64,000 bases of DNA from Patescibacteria group bacterium (GCA_038064695.1 JBBTSO010000004.1:15792-79791); one strand, 5' to 3'; shown: positions 8,827 to 19,107, numbered from the stretch's first letter. Notes: generated by a model not told the origin, from the sequence alone. Program-made: numbers and translations.

Positions 8827-8928
8827 CAAAGTGAGCGAGGGGAGAACGATTGGGCATGTAAGAGAAGCTTGCGCGCCCGTCGAGTTTCAGAAGTAAAGAG
8901 CAAGAGTTCTTTACTTGGTTCAATTCTC

Positions 8929-9005
8929 GGGCGCGTAGCTCAGTTGGTTAGAGCACAGAGCTTATACCTCTGCGGTCCCTGGTTCGAGTCCAGGCGCGCC
9001 CACCA
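8929..9005 (+). tRNA. tRNA-Ile (anticodon UAU), CCA encoded
   Basis: Cloverleaf GGGCGCG / GCTC-AGTTGGTTA-GAGC / CAGAG-CTTATAC-CTCTG / CCTGG-TTCGAGT-CCAGG / CGCGCCC-A-CCA. All four stems are fully Watson-Crick. Confidence 0.85.
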
Positions 9006-9047
9006 GCCCAATCGATATTCCGAGCGATCGCATGAAGCAAAGACGTA

Positions 9048-9097
9048 GTCTTTATACCTCTGCGGTCCCAGGGTATCGAGTCCAAGGGGGTGGACCA
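9048..9097 (+). pseudogene. tRNA-like 3' fragment duplicating the tRNA-Ile anticodon/variable region
   Basis: CTTTATACCTCTGCGGTCCC is 19/20 identical to tRNA-Ile positions 32-50. It then diverges (AGGGTATCGAGTCCAAGGGGGTGGACCA) with a degenerate T-arm. Confidence 0.35.
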
Positions 9098-9151
9098 ACA
9101 GTGGTTTTGGTTAGGGTTTTCTGCTATGCTCCATGCACACAATAAAAATAT

Positions 9152-9421
9152 ATGGCACTTTTTGAAATGATGGTGGCAAAAAATAAACCTTCTGTTCCTG
9201 GTGAAGACGGGAACGATTGGAAAGGTGACAGAGATCGTACGCCACCACCTGAGTATGGGAAAGAGTATTCTCCTGTTCCTACGCGGGAAGAGGAAGATGA
9301 ACTCATTGAAGGGATTTTAACGGGAGTAATTAAATTTAGTCCGTATCTGCTTGCTGCGGTGGCCGCATACTTTGTAGCAACACATTATTTTCGTTCCCCT
9401 CGATCAGCCGCCGCTTCTTAG
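9152..9421 (+). CDS. hypothetical small protein with C-terminal TM helix
   Basis: ORF only; acidic/proline-rich N-terminus and one hydrophobic helix. Confidence 0.3.
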   Translation: MALFEMMVAKNKPSVPGEDGNDWKGDRDRTPPPEYGKEYSPVPTREEEDELIEGILTGVIKFSPYLLAAVAAYFVATHYFRSPRSAAAS

Positions 9422-9443
9422 TAGTTTAAGTTGATATACTTGA

Positions 9444-10205
9444 GTGATGAAAATATGGAGTCCATTTAGAAAAAAGAAGATAGAAGGAGAAGTGGTTGAG
9501 TCTGGTGAACAAACTGATGCTCCAAAAAAGAAGTCTCGTGTTTTACGTGGCGCGGGAAAGGTGGCGCGCGCTGGTTGGGGCGCATTAAAAAATTTATTTA
9601 AATTTCCTAAAAACCCGGCTGGAGATGTAGTTGCTGTTGGTGCAACGGCAATCGTGACTGCTGCTGTCGTTGCGTCCGGCGCCGGAGAAGGTGATGAGGC
9701 GCTTTCGGTTAATGAAGGAACTGTTTCTGAAACACCTTCTTTAGACACGGAAACTAACGCCAGTGAGTTTCCAAATGAGTCGGTTGAAGAATCTTTTGCT
9801 CCGCTTCCTGAACTCGCGGTTGACGCGGTGCCTGGCGATGGTGCCATTACCATGATTTCTAAGTGGGCTGAAGTGGCAGCAGCAGATCCAAATATAAATT
9901 CCGAACAACTCGGGGGAACACTTGGGGCGTTGGTTGAAGCGGCGCGCTCGGGAGGTGATGTCTACGCGCTTGCCGAAGCACTCGCAAAAGAGTCAGGGCT
10001 GTACCAACCAAACGAAGCGTTGAATAGTTTTAATGTTTTCTCTGAAGGCGCGCTTCGTTTGCAATATGATGGTTCAGGCGGATATTCACTAACCATGGTA
10101 AATCCCGGCGGAGACTCTCACATCCTTCTCGCCATTTCATCCGAGGGAGTTGAAACAAAACAACCTCCCTATGCGGGTGATCAAATGATTACTCCAAAAA
10201 AATAA
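9444..10205 (+). CDS. hypothetical protein
   Basis: 253-aa ORF with an Ala/Gly-rich segment. No motif recognised. Confidence 0.35.
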   Translation: MMKIWSPFRKKKIEGEVVESGEQTDAPKKKSRVLRGAGKVARAGWGALKNLFKFPKNPAGDVVAVGATAIVTAAVVASGAGEGDEALSVNEGTVSETPSLDTETNASEFPNESVEESFAPLPELAVDAVPGDGAITMISKWAEVAAADPNINSEQLGGTLGALVEAARSGGDVYALAEALAKESGLYQPNEALNSFNVFSEGALRLQYDGSGGYSLTMVNPGGDSHILLAISSEGVETKQPPYAGDQMITPKK

Positions 10206-10234
10206 TGAATATAATGAGCTGTTGCTCAACTGTT

Positions 10235-12376
10235 TTATTCAAAGTGGAGCGAATGCGCTTTTGCCTCGGCGAGTATCTTTAGAGATGGAGCTTCTTTGAG
10301 TGCAGGGTCTTTTTGAACGAGGGCAAATGCCTCCGTGCGAGCGGCTTCAACGAGTTTCAGGTTTTTTAATGCCTCCATACCGACGTCGGAGAGGCCCCAC
10401 TGTCGGCCCCCGTACAGCTCTCCTGCGCCGCGAATTTCCAAGTCTCGCTCTGCCAGTTCAAAACCATTCTTTGCTTTCACAATTGCCTTCAGACGCGCAG
10501 AGTCTGTTTTTGTCGATGAATCCACCATTAAAAACGAGTAGGGCTGGTGTGATGAGCGCATCACACGTCCACGGAGCTGGTGCAATTGTGCAAGTCCAAA
10601 TCGTTCAGCTCCTTCTATCATAATGACGGTGGCGTTTGGAACGTTGACGCCCACCTCAACGACCGACGTTGCCACGAGCACGTCAATAATACCTTTCGCA
10701 AATTCACTCATAGTGTCCTCTTTTTCTTTCAGTGTCATTTTGCTGTGAAGTTTTCCAATGACAAACTCTGGGAATATGTTGGCAAGCGACTTCATTTCGC
10801 TCGCCACTGACTTTGTTTGAAGCGCAAGCGCTTTGGTCGGGTCGGGTTCGTCAATGCGGGGACAAATAACGTACGCCTGTCTTCCTTCTTTGAGTAAACC
10901 GCGAATGTGTTCATACGCTTTTGTTCGGCCGCTTGGTGGGACAACTTCTGTCTTTATTTCTTTTCTTCCCGCGGGAAGTTCATCAAGAATAGTGAGGTCA
11001 AGGTCGCCATAAAGAGTGAGTGCCAAGGTGCGGGGAATGGGGGTCGCCGTCATTGAAAGGAGGTGTGGCTGTACTGTGCCTTTTGCCACCAACTCTTTTC
11101 TCTGCATCGTGCCGAAGCGGTGTTGCTCATCAATAATGGCGTACGCGAGGTGTTTGAACTGCACTGTTTTTTGAATAAGCGCGTGGGTGCCGATGACAAT
11201 CGGAATTTCGCCATTTGCCACCCACTTTAAAAATTGTGAACGGGAAATAGGTGTTGCCTCGCGTTTGTTTACTTTAGAAGGAAACTTGTAGCACCCTGAT
11301 CCCGTGATAAGACCAATCTGAATAGGGTGATCAACAAAAAAATCGGTAAATGTTTTGAAGTGTTGTTTTGCCAAAATTTCAGTGGGGCAAAGGTACGCTA
11401 CCTGGAGTCGGCCAAAGTCTTGCGCCACTCCTTTTTTGTTTTTTGGCCGACTGGTTGCAACCGCGTAGGCGGTCGCTGCGGCGACCGCCGTTTTTACGCT
11501 CCCCACGTCACCTTCCAAAAGGCGGTACATAGGGTGGGGGCGTTCAAAATCTTTGAGAATTTCTTGAATGGCCGTCTCCTGGCCTTTGGTGGGGGAGAAG
11601 GGAAATGAGTTGGTAAAGACGGTAACGCGCGCTTCGTCAGCGTCTACCGCGTACGCGCTCCGTGCCACGTGCGCCTCGCGCTCCAGCGCACGCGCGATTT
11701 GAATTAAAAACACTTCTTCAAACGCGAACCGTTTTTTTGCCGCTTCGGCATCTTTTTCTTTTTTGGGTTCGTGCGCAAAAATAAGCGCGGACTTTATATC
11801 GGGGAGGTTGTATTTTTTTCGTATGTTCTCGGGGATAGGATCGGGGACCTCGTTCCAATCAATAGCGCGCAAAATTTTCTGTATGGTGTGGTACATCCAT
11901 AGAGACGACACGCCGAATGATTCAGGGTATACGGGGAAGAGTCCCGAGTGTTGTTGCAGAATGGGAATGTTGTCAGTTTTTTCTACCGTGGGGTTTGCAA
12001 TGTATTTCTTGCCACTCCGTTCTGTTACTTTCCCACGTAGGCGCACCAGCTGCCCCACGGGAATCATTTTCGCGAGGTAGGGTTGGTGGAACCACGTCAC
12101 TTTGAGTGTTCCCGTTTCGTCGCTAAAATTTCCTTCGGCGATAGGCACTTTTGTTTTCCAGGAACGCTTCATATCTAAGCGCGAAAACTGCCCGTACAAA
12201 ACCGCTACGTCGCCGTCCTTTAAACTGGAGACCTGTTTGATGTCGGCGGATGATTCGTATCGTGAGGGAAGGTGGTAGAGGAGGTCGCGCACGGTAACAA
12301 TTCCAAGTTTTTTTAAACCCGGGGTGTGGTGCTTGGTGAGGCGCGCGTGGTGTGAAAGCAAATCGTCAGGGAGCAT
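10235..12376 (-). CDS. recG: ATP-dependent DNA helicase RecG
   Basis: 713 aa. Wedge-domain N-terminus, SF2 helicase motifs (GDVGSGKT Walker A, DEQHRFG). Confidence 0.9.
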   Translation of the reverse strand: MLPDDLLSHHARLTKHHTPGLKKLGIVTVRDLLYHLPSRYESSADIKQVSSLKDGDVAVLYGQFSRLDMKRSWKTKVPIAEGNFSDETGTLKVTWFHQPYLAKMIPVGQLVRLRGKVTERSGKKYIANPTVEKTDNIPILQQHSGLFPVYPESFGVSSLWMYHTIQKILRAIDWNEVPDPIPENIRKKYNLPDIKSALIFAHEPKKEKDAEAAKKRFAFEEVFLIQIARALEREAHVARSAYAVDADEARVTVFTNSFPFSPTKGQETAIQEILKDFERPHPMYRLLEGDVGSVKTAVAAATAYAVATSRPKNKKGVAQDFGRLQVAYLCPTEILAKQHFKTFTDFFVDHPIQIGLITGSGCYKFPSKVNKREATPISRSQFLKWVANGEIPIVIGTHALIQKTVQFKHLAYAIIDEQHRFGTMQRKELVAKGTVQPHLLSMTATPIPRTLALTLYGDLDLTILDELPAGRKEIKTEVVPPSGRTKAYEHIRGLLKEGRQAYVICPRIDEPDPTKALALQTKSVASEMKSLANIFPEFVIGKLHSKMTLKEKEDTMSEFAKGIIDVLVATSVVEVGVNVPNATVIMIEGAERFGLAQLHQLRGRVMRSSHQPYSFLMVDSSTKTDSARLKAIVKAKNGFELAERDLEIRGAGELYGGRQWGLSDVGMEALKNLKLVEAARTEAFALVQKDPALKEAPSLKILAEAKAHSLHFE

Positions 12377-12421
12377 GGTACAGTAGCAAACAGTGTCACT
12401 ACAGTATACGCTTCAGAGCTC

Positions 12422-13570
12422 ATGAAAAAAAAGAAAATAGACATTGGAAAGAAGTCACTCAAAGCGCATAAAAAGCTTGGGGGGAAAATTGCTACCGCCT
12501 CAAAAGTAACCTTAAAATCGCTCTCTGATTGGAGTACCTACTACACTCCCGGGGTAGGGGCAGTATCCACCCACCTAGCGAAACATCCCCATGACGCGAG
12601 CGTCTACACCATCAAGAAAAATACCGTCGCGGTTATCTCTGACGGTTCAGCGGTGTTGGGTTTAGGAAATATCGGCCCCTACGGCGCGCTCCCTGTTATG
12701 GAAGGCAAGGCGGCAATTTTTAAAGAGGTGGCGAACGTTGACGCAGTTCCTATCGTTTTAGACACACACGACCAAGAAAAAATTATTGAAACTATTGTAC
12801 ACATTGCGCCCGCATTTGGTGGCATAAACTTAGAAGATATTGCCTCGCCACAGTGTTTTTATATTGAAGAGGAGTTAAAAAAACAACTTTCCATTCCCGT
12901 GATGCACGACGACCAGCACGGGACCGCTATCGTGGTTTTGGCAGCGCTCACTAACGCATTAAGAGTGGTAAAAAAGAAAAAGGAAACTGTTTCAATAGTG
13001 ATTCTTGGTGCAGGAGCTGCGGGTTCTGCGGTAGCAAAATTGCTCGCGCTCGCCGGCTTTAAGGACCTCTGTGTCGTTGATCGTGAAGGCGCACTTTGTA
13101 GTTCAACAGCCGAGTTGCCGCTTCATAAAAAAATTCTTGCAATGCTCCCCTCTACAAAGTCTCATCTTAAAACACTTGAAGAGGTTATGGTGGGGGCAGA
13201 CGTTTTTATTGGCATTTCAAGCGCGAACGCAATAACCCAAAAAATGGTGAAGTCCATGGCGCCACACTCCATTGTTTTTGCGCTTGCCAACCCCACTCCA
13301 GAAATTATGCCGGACCTTGCAAAGCGTGCGGGGGCAAAGGTGGTGGCCACAGGAAGGTCTGACTTTCCAAACCAAGTTAACAACGCGCTTGTATTTCCTG
13401 GCGTGTTTCGCGGAGCGCTTGACCACCACGTGACTCAGATAACTGACGAAATGAAGCTTCGCGCTGCATACGCGCTCGCCAGAATGGTAAAAAAACCACA
13501 CGCGGAGCACATCATTCCGTCAGTACTCAATCCTCAGGTGGTGAAAGCGATAGCCAAGGCGATTAAGTAG
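12422..13570 (+). CDS. NAD(P)-dependent malic enzyme (short form)
   Basis: YTPGVG motif, Rossmann GAGAAG; 382 aa, typical of prokaryotic short malic enzymes. Confidence 0.8.
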   Translation: MKKKKIDIGKKSLKAHKKLGGKIATASKVTLKSLSDWSTYYTPGVGAVSTHLAKHPHDASVYTIKKNTVAVISDGSAVLGLGNIGPYGALPVMEGKAAIFKEVANVDAVPIVLDTHDQEKIIETIVHIAPAFGGINLEDIASPQCFYIEEELKKQLSIPVMHDDQHGTAIVVLAALTNALRVVKKKKETVSIVILGAGAAGSAVAKLLALAGFKDLCVVDREGALCSSTAELPLHKKILAMLPSTKSHLKTLEEVMVGADVFIGISSANAITQKMVKSMAPHSIVFALANPTPEIMPDLAKRAGAKVVATGRSDFPNQVNNALVFPGVFRGALDHHVTQITDEMKLRAAYALARMVKKPHAEHIIPSVLNPQVVKAIAKAIK

Positions 13571-13583
13571 GATACTTGACTTT

Positions 13584-14147
13584 TTACTCTCCCACATCAC
13601 GAAGTGGTTGGTCAGTTTTTCCTTCGCGTAGCAGCGTATACGTACCTGCGGTAACATCAACGTCATAAATATTAAAGTTCGTATCGAGGTCAAAGTTGGG
13701 AAAGTGTCGCGCAAAATTCATAGAAATTGAACCCTGCGGACTGGTGACACGGTGGAACACATGGGTGGGCCAGCCTAACAGCGCAGGCCCTGAATGAATT
13801 TCTTTTCCGCGATGAACAATAGAGTTTGGGGTAACAACAAATGTTTCTATAGCTCCGTGAGTAGATGTGTACAGTTCAACGACACGTTCTCCCCCCAACA
13901 CAAGTAGGTTGTCTTCTTGGTCGGGGTGCATGTACCACGCGCGTACGTCGGGACGGTTTACTGCAATCGGGCTAAAGGCGCCCACATCGTGGTGCACGCG
14001 GTCAATGGAGTGAATGTATTCAATAAATCCTCCAGGCAAATCGTGAAATTGGACACTCGGTGTGGTGCGCAGTGGCACGAGCGGAATAAAAAATACGAGT
14101 CCAGGAACTATGTCGTGATGCAGTTTCTCTTTCATAATACGGGCCAT
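13584..14147 (-). CDS. cupin-fold protein (possible sugar epimerase/isomerase-like)
   Basis: 187 aa with His-rich beta-barrel-like segments (HPDQEDN, HH). Family assignment is uncertain. Confidence 0.35.
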   Translation of the reverse strand: MARIMKEKLHHDIVPGLVFFIPLVPLRTTPSVQFHDLPGGFIEYIHSIDRVHHDVGAFSPIAVNRPDVRAWYMHPDQEDNLLVLGGERVVELYTSTHGAIETFVVTPNSIVHRGKEIHSGPALLGWPTHVFHRVTSPQGSISMNFARHFPNFDLDTNFNIYDVDVTAGTYTLLREGKTDQPLRDVGE

Positions 14148-14218
14148 TTTAACACAGCAGAGATTGTTGAAATATTGAGCAATTTGACAATTTTATATAA
14201 AAATGATATAATACCACC

Positions 14219-15103
14219 ATGGCTTGGTTTGAAAAGTTGCAAGAAAATGCCCCCACTTTATTTTCCGAATTAAAACGGTCTCGCGCTTTTGCTGTCCCCG
14301 AGGAAAGAAACTTTGTTGCGCCACGGTCTCCGCATGAAAAACCACCCATTGAAGATGAGGTGGTAGTACTTGATGTAAATAAAGTAAAGCCTGACTTGGT
14401 GGAGAGCCTTGTACATCGTGGAGGTACTGTGGTATTTGATGGCAACGTGACTGACTACTATTTTGATATCAGAAGTGGAGATGTAAAGACATACCCAATG
14501 GTGCAGGATTGGCCCCGCATTCGTCATAAACTTCACGTTGATGGGAGAGAAACATATGAGTTTACCCAAAAAGGAGTCCGCTCAACCACTGAAAGTGGCG
14601 GTTCAAAGTCAGGTGAATTTACGGAAGTGTGTTCTTCGTATGAAGAAGCTGATGCGGCGATGCGTTCGTACCTTGCTTCTTGCGGGTTAGATAGCACAAC
14701 GATTGCATCACTCTACGCATGGAATGTTTTTTCTAAACATCGCACTTCTATTGAACTTGAGAATGTCGCGGTTGACGTTGATACGTGGATTCGTCGAGAA
14801 ATTGTACTTGATGAAACAGCACCAACTCCTATTACGGCCAAACAAACATTTAACACTCCGGATGCTGATGTACAGATACCCACCTACGCTGAGTTTGAAG
14901 TTATCTATGACGACCCCGAAGGTGATCCAGAAAAACAGAGTATCGCAAACGCAAAAATTCAAGAACGAGATGCACTCATGGCAGAACTCGGAGTCCAATC
15001 CTCAAAGATTGGAACAGGAGTGATTGAATCTCACTATGGTGGAAAACCATCATGGCAAATTCGCGATGAATATAGAAAACAAAAAATAGAGAACGCTGCT
15101 TAG
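14219..15103 (+). CDS. hypothetical protein
   Basis: 294-aa ORF with protein-like composition. No motif recognised. Confidence 0.4.
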   Translation: MAWFEKLQENAPTLFSELKRSRAFAVPEERNFVAPRSPHEKPPIEDEVVVLDVNKVKPDLVESLVHRGGTVVFDGNVTDYYFDIRSGDVKTYPMVQDWPRIRHKLHVDGRETYEFTQKGVRSTTESGGSKSGEFTEVCSSYEEADAAMRSYLASCGLDSTTIASLYAWNVFSKHRTSIELENVAVDVDTWIRREIVLDETAPTPITAKQTFNTPDADVQIPTYAEFEVIYDDPEGDPEKQSIANAKIQERDALMAELGVQSSKIGTGVIESHYGGKPSWQIRDEYRKQKIENAA

Positions 15104-16443
15104 TCTGTTTCCCACGGAAGTGCTCCTCCGGGAATGTATGTTTTGAGCGCGGGCTCTCCCTGCTCCCACGTTTCAAGAATTGGGTCGGCAAATATCCATT
15201 CAAGTTCCACTTCCTTTTTCGTGGGGAAGCGCGTGTGGTCGCTATGCCATGAATCCAAAAACAGTTGCGCGTACTCGTCAGCGTACTGAATTTTTGGTTC
15301 CTCATCTTTATATTCTTCAATAGTGGTGATGAGCGACCCTTTTTTAGTGTAGATACGAGGAACAGGTTCAAGCTCTATATGGAGTGAGTCGGTGTGATCG
15401 CAGTCAAACTCAATGACGACGTCTTTTTTAATCTGACTCATGCGTTTTCCTCCGCGGAGGCGGACCGGAACTCCTTTGTGTGGCGCGTGCGTTAAGGCAA
15501 AGCGAATATCAAAGTACGTTTCAACGCGTGAGTCTTGAGCAACCCCTGGGATGCTCTGGTATGTTTCGTACTGCGCACGGGTGGTGTTTTCTATAATGTG
15601 ACCGTCAGTGAGTTTGGGAAGGGATGCGATAAACGATTCGCGAGCGGAACAAACGGCTCGCGGCGTGAAGTCGGGAATTTCCATAAGCGAGAGCGCTAAC
15701 ATTTCTAGGTGATGATTTTGACCCACGTCGCGGAGTGCTCCCACGCCGTCATAAAATGCGCCACGTTTTTCAACACCCATTTCTTCAAAAAGAGTAACCG
15801 TCACCTCTTTAATGCGCTCAGTGAGACGGAGCGTTTCGTATAAGTGGTGATCGCGCCTAGCGTGTAAAAGTTTTTGAAGGACGGGTTTTGCCAGGTAGTG
15901 GTCAATGCGGAAAATTTCACTCTCGTCAAAATATTCGTCTAAAAATGCATTTAGCGCGCGTGCCGTTTCTTCGTTTTTCCCAAACGGTTTTTCAATAAGA
16001 ATATTGCGGTGGGTGCTCCCTTTCGGCGCCACCGACGCAATATGGGGGACTAAGGTGCGTACCAACTCAGGCGGTACGGCGAGGTAAAAGCTTTTGAGTG
16101 ACAAACTGCCACGAAGCATGTCGTTGTGTTCAAAACGTTTTTTGAGTTCTGTAAAAGAGTCAACATCATGAAATTCGCCCCGGTGATAGTGGAAGAGTTC
16201 CAAAAATCCTTTCGAAGAGCGCACGGTACAGTCCGACTGAACACGTTTGAGGTTAATAAATACATACTCACGGAAGCTTTCGGTTGTGTGCGGGTGTCTC
16301 CCAAAACCAATGACTGAAAATGATTCAGGAATTTTTTTCCTCGTGTAGAGAAAGTAGAGTGAAGGAATTATTTTTCGTGCAAATAAATCTCCCGTCGCAC
16401 CGAATACGGTGAACGTGATAGGAGTGCCAGCAAGAGTGTTCAC
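15100..16443 (-). CDS. zwf: glucose-6-phosphate 1-dehydrogenase
   Basis: N-terminal FGATGDLA NADP motif and the RIDHYLAK signature (RIDHYLGK consensus). Confidence 0.85.
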   Translation of the reverse strand: MNTLAGTPITFTVFGATGDLFARKIIPSLYFLYTRKKIPESFSVIGFGRHPHTTESFREYVFINLKRVQSDCTVRSSKGFLELFHYHRGEFHDVDSFTELKKRFEHNDMLRGSLSLKSFYLAVPPELVRTLVPHIASVAPKGSTHRNILIEKPFGKNEETARALNAFLDEYFDESEIFRIDHYLAKPVLQKLLHARRDHHLYETLRLTERIKEVTVTLFEEMGVEKRGAFYDGVGALRDVGQNHHLEMLALSLMEIPDFTPRAVCSARESFIASLPKLTDGHIIENTTRAQYETYQSIPGVAQDSRVETYFDIRFALTHAPHKGVPVRLRGGKRMSQIKKDVVIEFDCDHTDSLHIELEPVPRIYTKKGSLITTIEEYKDEEPKIQYADEYAQLFLDSWHSDHTRFPTKKEVELEWIFADPILETWEQGEPALKTYIPGGALPWETD

Positions 16444-16497
16444 GGTAGGGGAATAGTATCAGGTTCACGCTTCACTACCCCCACGTACGTGCCAAAA

Positions 16498-17313
16498 CTA
16501 TACGTCAATTACCTCAGCGGCGTTTCCTCCTTGGATGTAGACTTCAATGAAGCGGTCGTCTTTGTACCCAGAGCTTCCTACGGCGGCACCAAGTTGTCCT
16601 TCAGGAACGTCTTTAAGGCGGTTATACATAGGAATAGTTCGTCCCCCGAGTTCTATTTCTTTAGGCATTTTTCCTCCGTAGTCGTCCAACGTGAGTGTTG
16701 TTTTTATGTTTCCGAAGTTATCGGCAAACCACGCGCGTGCTGGCGCGTCTGGAATACCTTCAATGGGTACTTCTACGCCTGGACACAAAATTCCTTTTGA
16801 AATGTAGGCGTGCGCGACGCGTGGCATAAAGTTGAGGCTTCTGAACTGTGTGCTACTGATGCGATCTGCTTCCTCCTGATCAATAATGAGGAGTTTCACC
16901 AACTCTTTTAGAGACTCGTGGTAGTTAAACACGTGTACCTTATCAATGAGTTTGAATTTTTTAAGGAGTGAGAGCATGTATCCGCCGAGTGTTGACACGA
17001 TGTCGGTGTTGTCTACGCGGGTGTAACAGAAAGGAGTTCCGTTATCTAGGTTGTTGAAGTGAGAAAATTTATCAATACTTTTTGAGAGCCACCACGCTTT
17101 TCGTGAGCGGGGAGCCACGTTTGCAAGAATGAGTCCTTTGCCTCCGTAGAGAGAGTCAAGCGTGTCAATAATCATTCCGCTCGCCTCAAGGTCGTGTGTT
17201 GCACCAATAAACGAAACGGGAGCATTGAAGAGGGACTCCGCGCGTGTTACCTGTCGCCCTTTTGCGTTCTCATCGCGACAGTCATTGATGATGGTTATTT
17301 GCATACGTAACAA
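16498..17313 (-). CDS. SAM hydroxide adenosyltransferase (DUF62) family protein
   Basis: N-terminal ITIINDCRD...ATHD and C-terminal FGNIKTTL resemble the SAM hydrolase / chlorinase-fluorinase fold family. Confidence 0.5.
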   Translation of the reverse strand: MLRMQITIINDCRDENAKGRQVTRAESLFNAPVSFIGATHDLEASGMIIDTLDSLYGGKGLILANVAPRSRKAWWLSKSIDKFSHFNNLDNGTPFCYTRVDNTDIVSTLGGYMLSLLKKFKLIDKVHVFNYHESLKELVKLLIIDQEEADRISSTQFRSLNFMPRVAHAYISKGILCPGVEVPIEGIPDAPARAWFADNFGNIKTTLTLDDYGGKMPKEIELGGRTIPMYNRLKDVPEGQLGAAVGSSGYKDDRFIEVYIQGGNAAEVIDV

Positions 17314-17317
17314 TTAT

Positions 17318-17364
17318 GAAAAATAAAAAAGCCCCGAAAGACTGCTTTAAGCATAGCACGGGGC
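17318..17364 (-). terminator. intrinsic terminator after tRNA-Ser
   Basis: Minus strand has a GCCCCG...CGGGGC stem followed by TTTTTTATTTTT. Confidence 0.6.
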
Positions 17365-17391
17365 CTCTCTAGAGGGGAAGGGAATTACTAG

Positions 17392-17478
17392 CGGAGACGA
17401 CTGGATTCGAACCAGTGAGGGCGGTTAAGCCCTACCTCGTTAGCAGTGAGGCGCTTTCGACCACTCAGCCACGTCTCC
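17392..17478 (-). tRNA. tRNA-Ser (anticodon GCU), no encoded CCA
   Basis: Minus strand GGAGACG ... CTGCTAA anticodon loop ... long variable arm (GGGC/GCCC stem) ... ACTGG-TTCGAAT-CCAGT ... CGTCTCC-G. 87 nt. Confidence 0.85.
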
Positions 17479-17566
17479 GTTTTGACAACGATAACATAAA
17501 AGGTTTACACAAACTACCTTCAGTCTGTAGTTCATAAATAGGTTATGTGTGTTACGGTAAACTTCT

Positions 17567-18460
17567 ATGAATTGGATTTTTCTGTCTCTCGCCGCTCCCT
17601 TTTTTTGGGCGGGGTCTAATTTTATTGATAAGTACATTTTAGAGAAACACATAAAAGGTATTTTTGACTTTCTCTTTTTTACTACGCTCACAAACTGGGT
17701 GTTCTTTTTTGGAATATTTTTATTTATTGGCATGCCTACATTTTCGTGGAATACACTAATTCCGATTAGCACTGGGTTAGTGCTCGTATACTCCTACGGG
17801 TTTTATGGGAAGGCTTTACAACAGAGCGATACATCTGCATTAGTAATTTTGTTTAAATTAGTGCCTGTAATTACACTCGCACTCGCTTTTATTTTTCTAG
17901 GACAATCTCTTGCCCCACATGAGTTATTTGGTTTTTTTGTTGTTTTATGCGGAGCTTTTTTGATGTCGTTTGAAAAAAGTACAGGGAAATTTTTCAAAGG
18001 GTTTTGGATGATACTCGTTGCAATAGTGATTTGGTCTGTGATGACCTTGGTTGTTGATTTTGGTCTTACCACGATGTCGTTTTGGGAATATTTTATGTTA
18101 GACAACCTAGGATCTGCCTTAGCTGGACTTACCTTGCTGGCCACTTCTTCTCTCCGTGCTCAAATAAGTGAGGGGATACGCTCTGCAAATATTAAAAAAT
18201 ACTTTTGGTTTTCTATAAACGGTCTCCTAGATTTTTTTGGTCAGATGAGTATCAAAATGGCGCTTGCCATTGCTCCTTCAGCTGGTCTCGTGATGGCGGT
18301 AACTCAAGTGCAGTCGTTTTACGCAATACTTATAGGCATTTTTGCAACCATTCTTTTGCCGAACATTATTAGGGAGGATATTAGTAAGACAACTCTCATG
18401 AAGAAAGTGTTTGGGGCATCGGTAATGTTTGCGGGTATCTTTTTTATTTTAGTTTTGTAG
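17567..18460 (+). CDS. DMT/EamA-like polytopic membrane transporter
   Basis: About 10 predicted TM helices and two-repeat architecture. Confidence 0.45.
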   Translation: MNWIFLSLAAPFFWAGSNFIDKYILEKHIKGIFDFLFFTTLTNWVFFFGIFLFIGMPTFSWNTLIPISTGLVLVYSYGFYGKALQQSDTSALVILFKLVPVITLALAFIFLGQSLAPHELFGFFVVLCGAFLMSFEKSTGKFFKGFWMILVAIVIWSVMTLVVDFGLTTMSFWEYFMLDNLGSALAGLTLLATSSLRAQISEGIRSANIKKYFWFSINGLLDFFGQMSIKMALAIAPSAGLVMAVTQVQSFYAILIGIFATILLPNIIREDISKTTLMKKVFGASVMFAGIFFILVL

Positions 18461-18462
18461 GC

Positions 18463-19107
18463 TTATTTCGCCAGCGCAACACGAATAATGTCTGTAGCGC
18501 CTGCCTCAAAGAGCGCGCGCGTCGCATCTCCTAACGTTGCGCCGCTTTCGGTAACGTCGTCAATAAGAAAAATTGTTTGCCCGCGTACCGTGGAATGTAA
18601 GTGTACTGGCACGAAAAATGCTCCCGCTATATTGTCCGCGCGTTTATTTTTTGGCACTTTCGTTTGACTCGGACGGTCGTGGCGTGAGAGCACATCAGCG
18701 TACTGGTACGTATTTTTTATATCGCTTGGGAGGGCTTCAAGTATTCTTTTTACCTGGTGGGCCCCGCGGCGCCGCGCACGCGTGGGAGCAGTGGGGACAG
18801 GAACGAGTAGGGGAATATTTTTGTCACTCTTTTTCTCTCGCGTTCTCTCTATATCGCAGATCATGTCGCGTAGTATGAGCGCGAGTACAGAACTACTGTG
18901 AGCGTCCCGGTAGTATTTGTTTGCCTTAATGAGCGCGCGCACCCCTTCGTGTGCATAGGGAAGTCCTGTGTAGACACTACTTTCACTTCTCAATGACAAT
19001 ACAAACAAAGGTTTTAGTGTTTCTTTGCTAACCGAGTGTGCCACAACCACGTCCCGGTGTGGAGGGAAAAGCATGTCAACGATCGCCTTAAGTCCAGCGT
19101 TCACCAT
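18463..19107 (-). CDS. ComF-family phosphoribosyltransferase-domain protein
   Basis: C-terminal PRTase motif IFLIDDVTESGATL. Confidence 0.55.
   Translation of the reverse strand: MVNAGLKAIVDMLFPPHRDVVVAHSVSKETLKPLFVLSLRSESSVYTGLPYAHEGVRALIKANKYYRDAHSSSVLALILRDMICDIERTREKKSDKNIPLLVPVPTAPTRARRRGAHQVKRILEALPSDIKNTYQYADVLSRHDRPSQTKVPKNKRADNIAGAFFVPVHLHSTVRGQTIFLIDDVTESGATLGDATRALFEAGATDIIRVALAK

Noticed and set aside
8787-9097. Possibility that the two tRNA-like fragments are exons of one intron-containing tRNA enclosing the tRNA-Ile gene.
   Set aside because: The 5' acceptor strand GCACCCG is not complementary to the 3' fragment end GGGGTGG-ACCA. The anticodon-stem partner is missing. 225 nt with an embedded complete tRNA is not a plausible group I intron.
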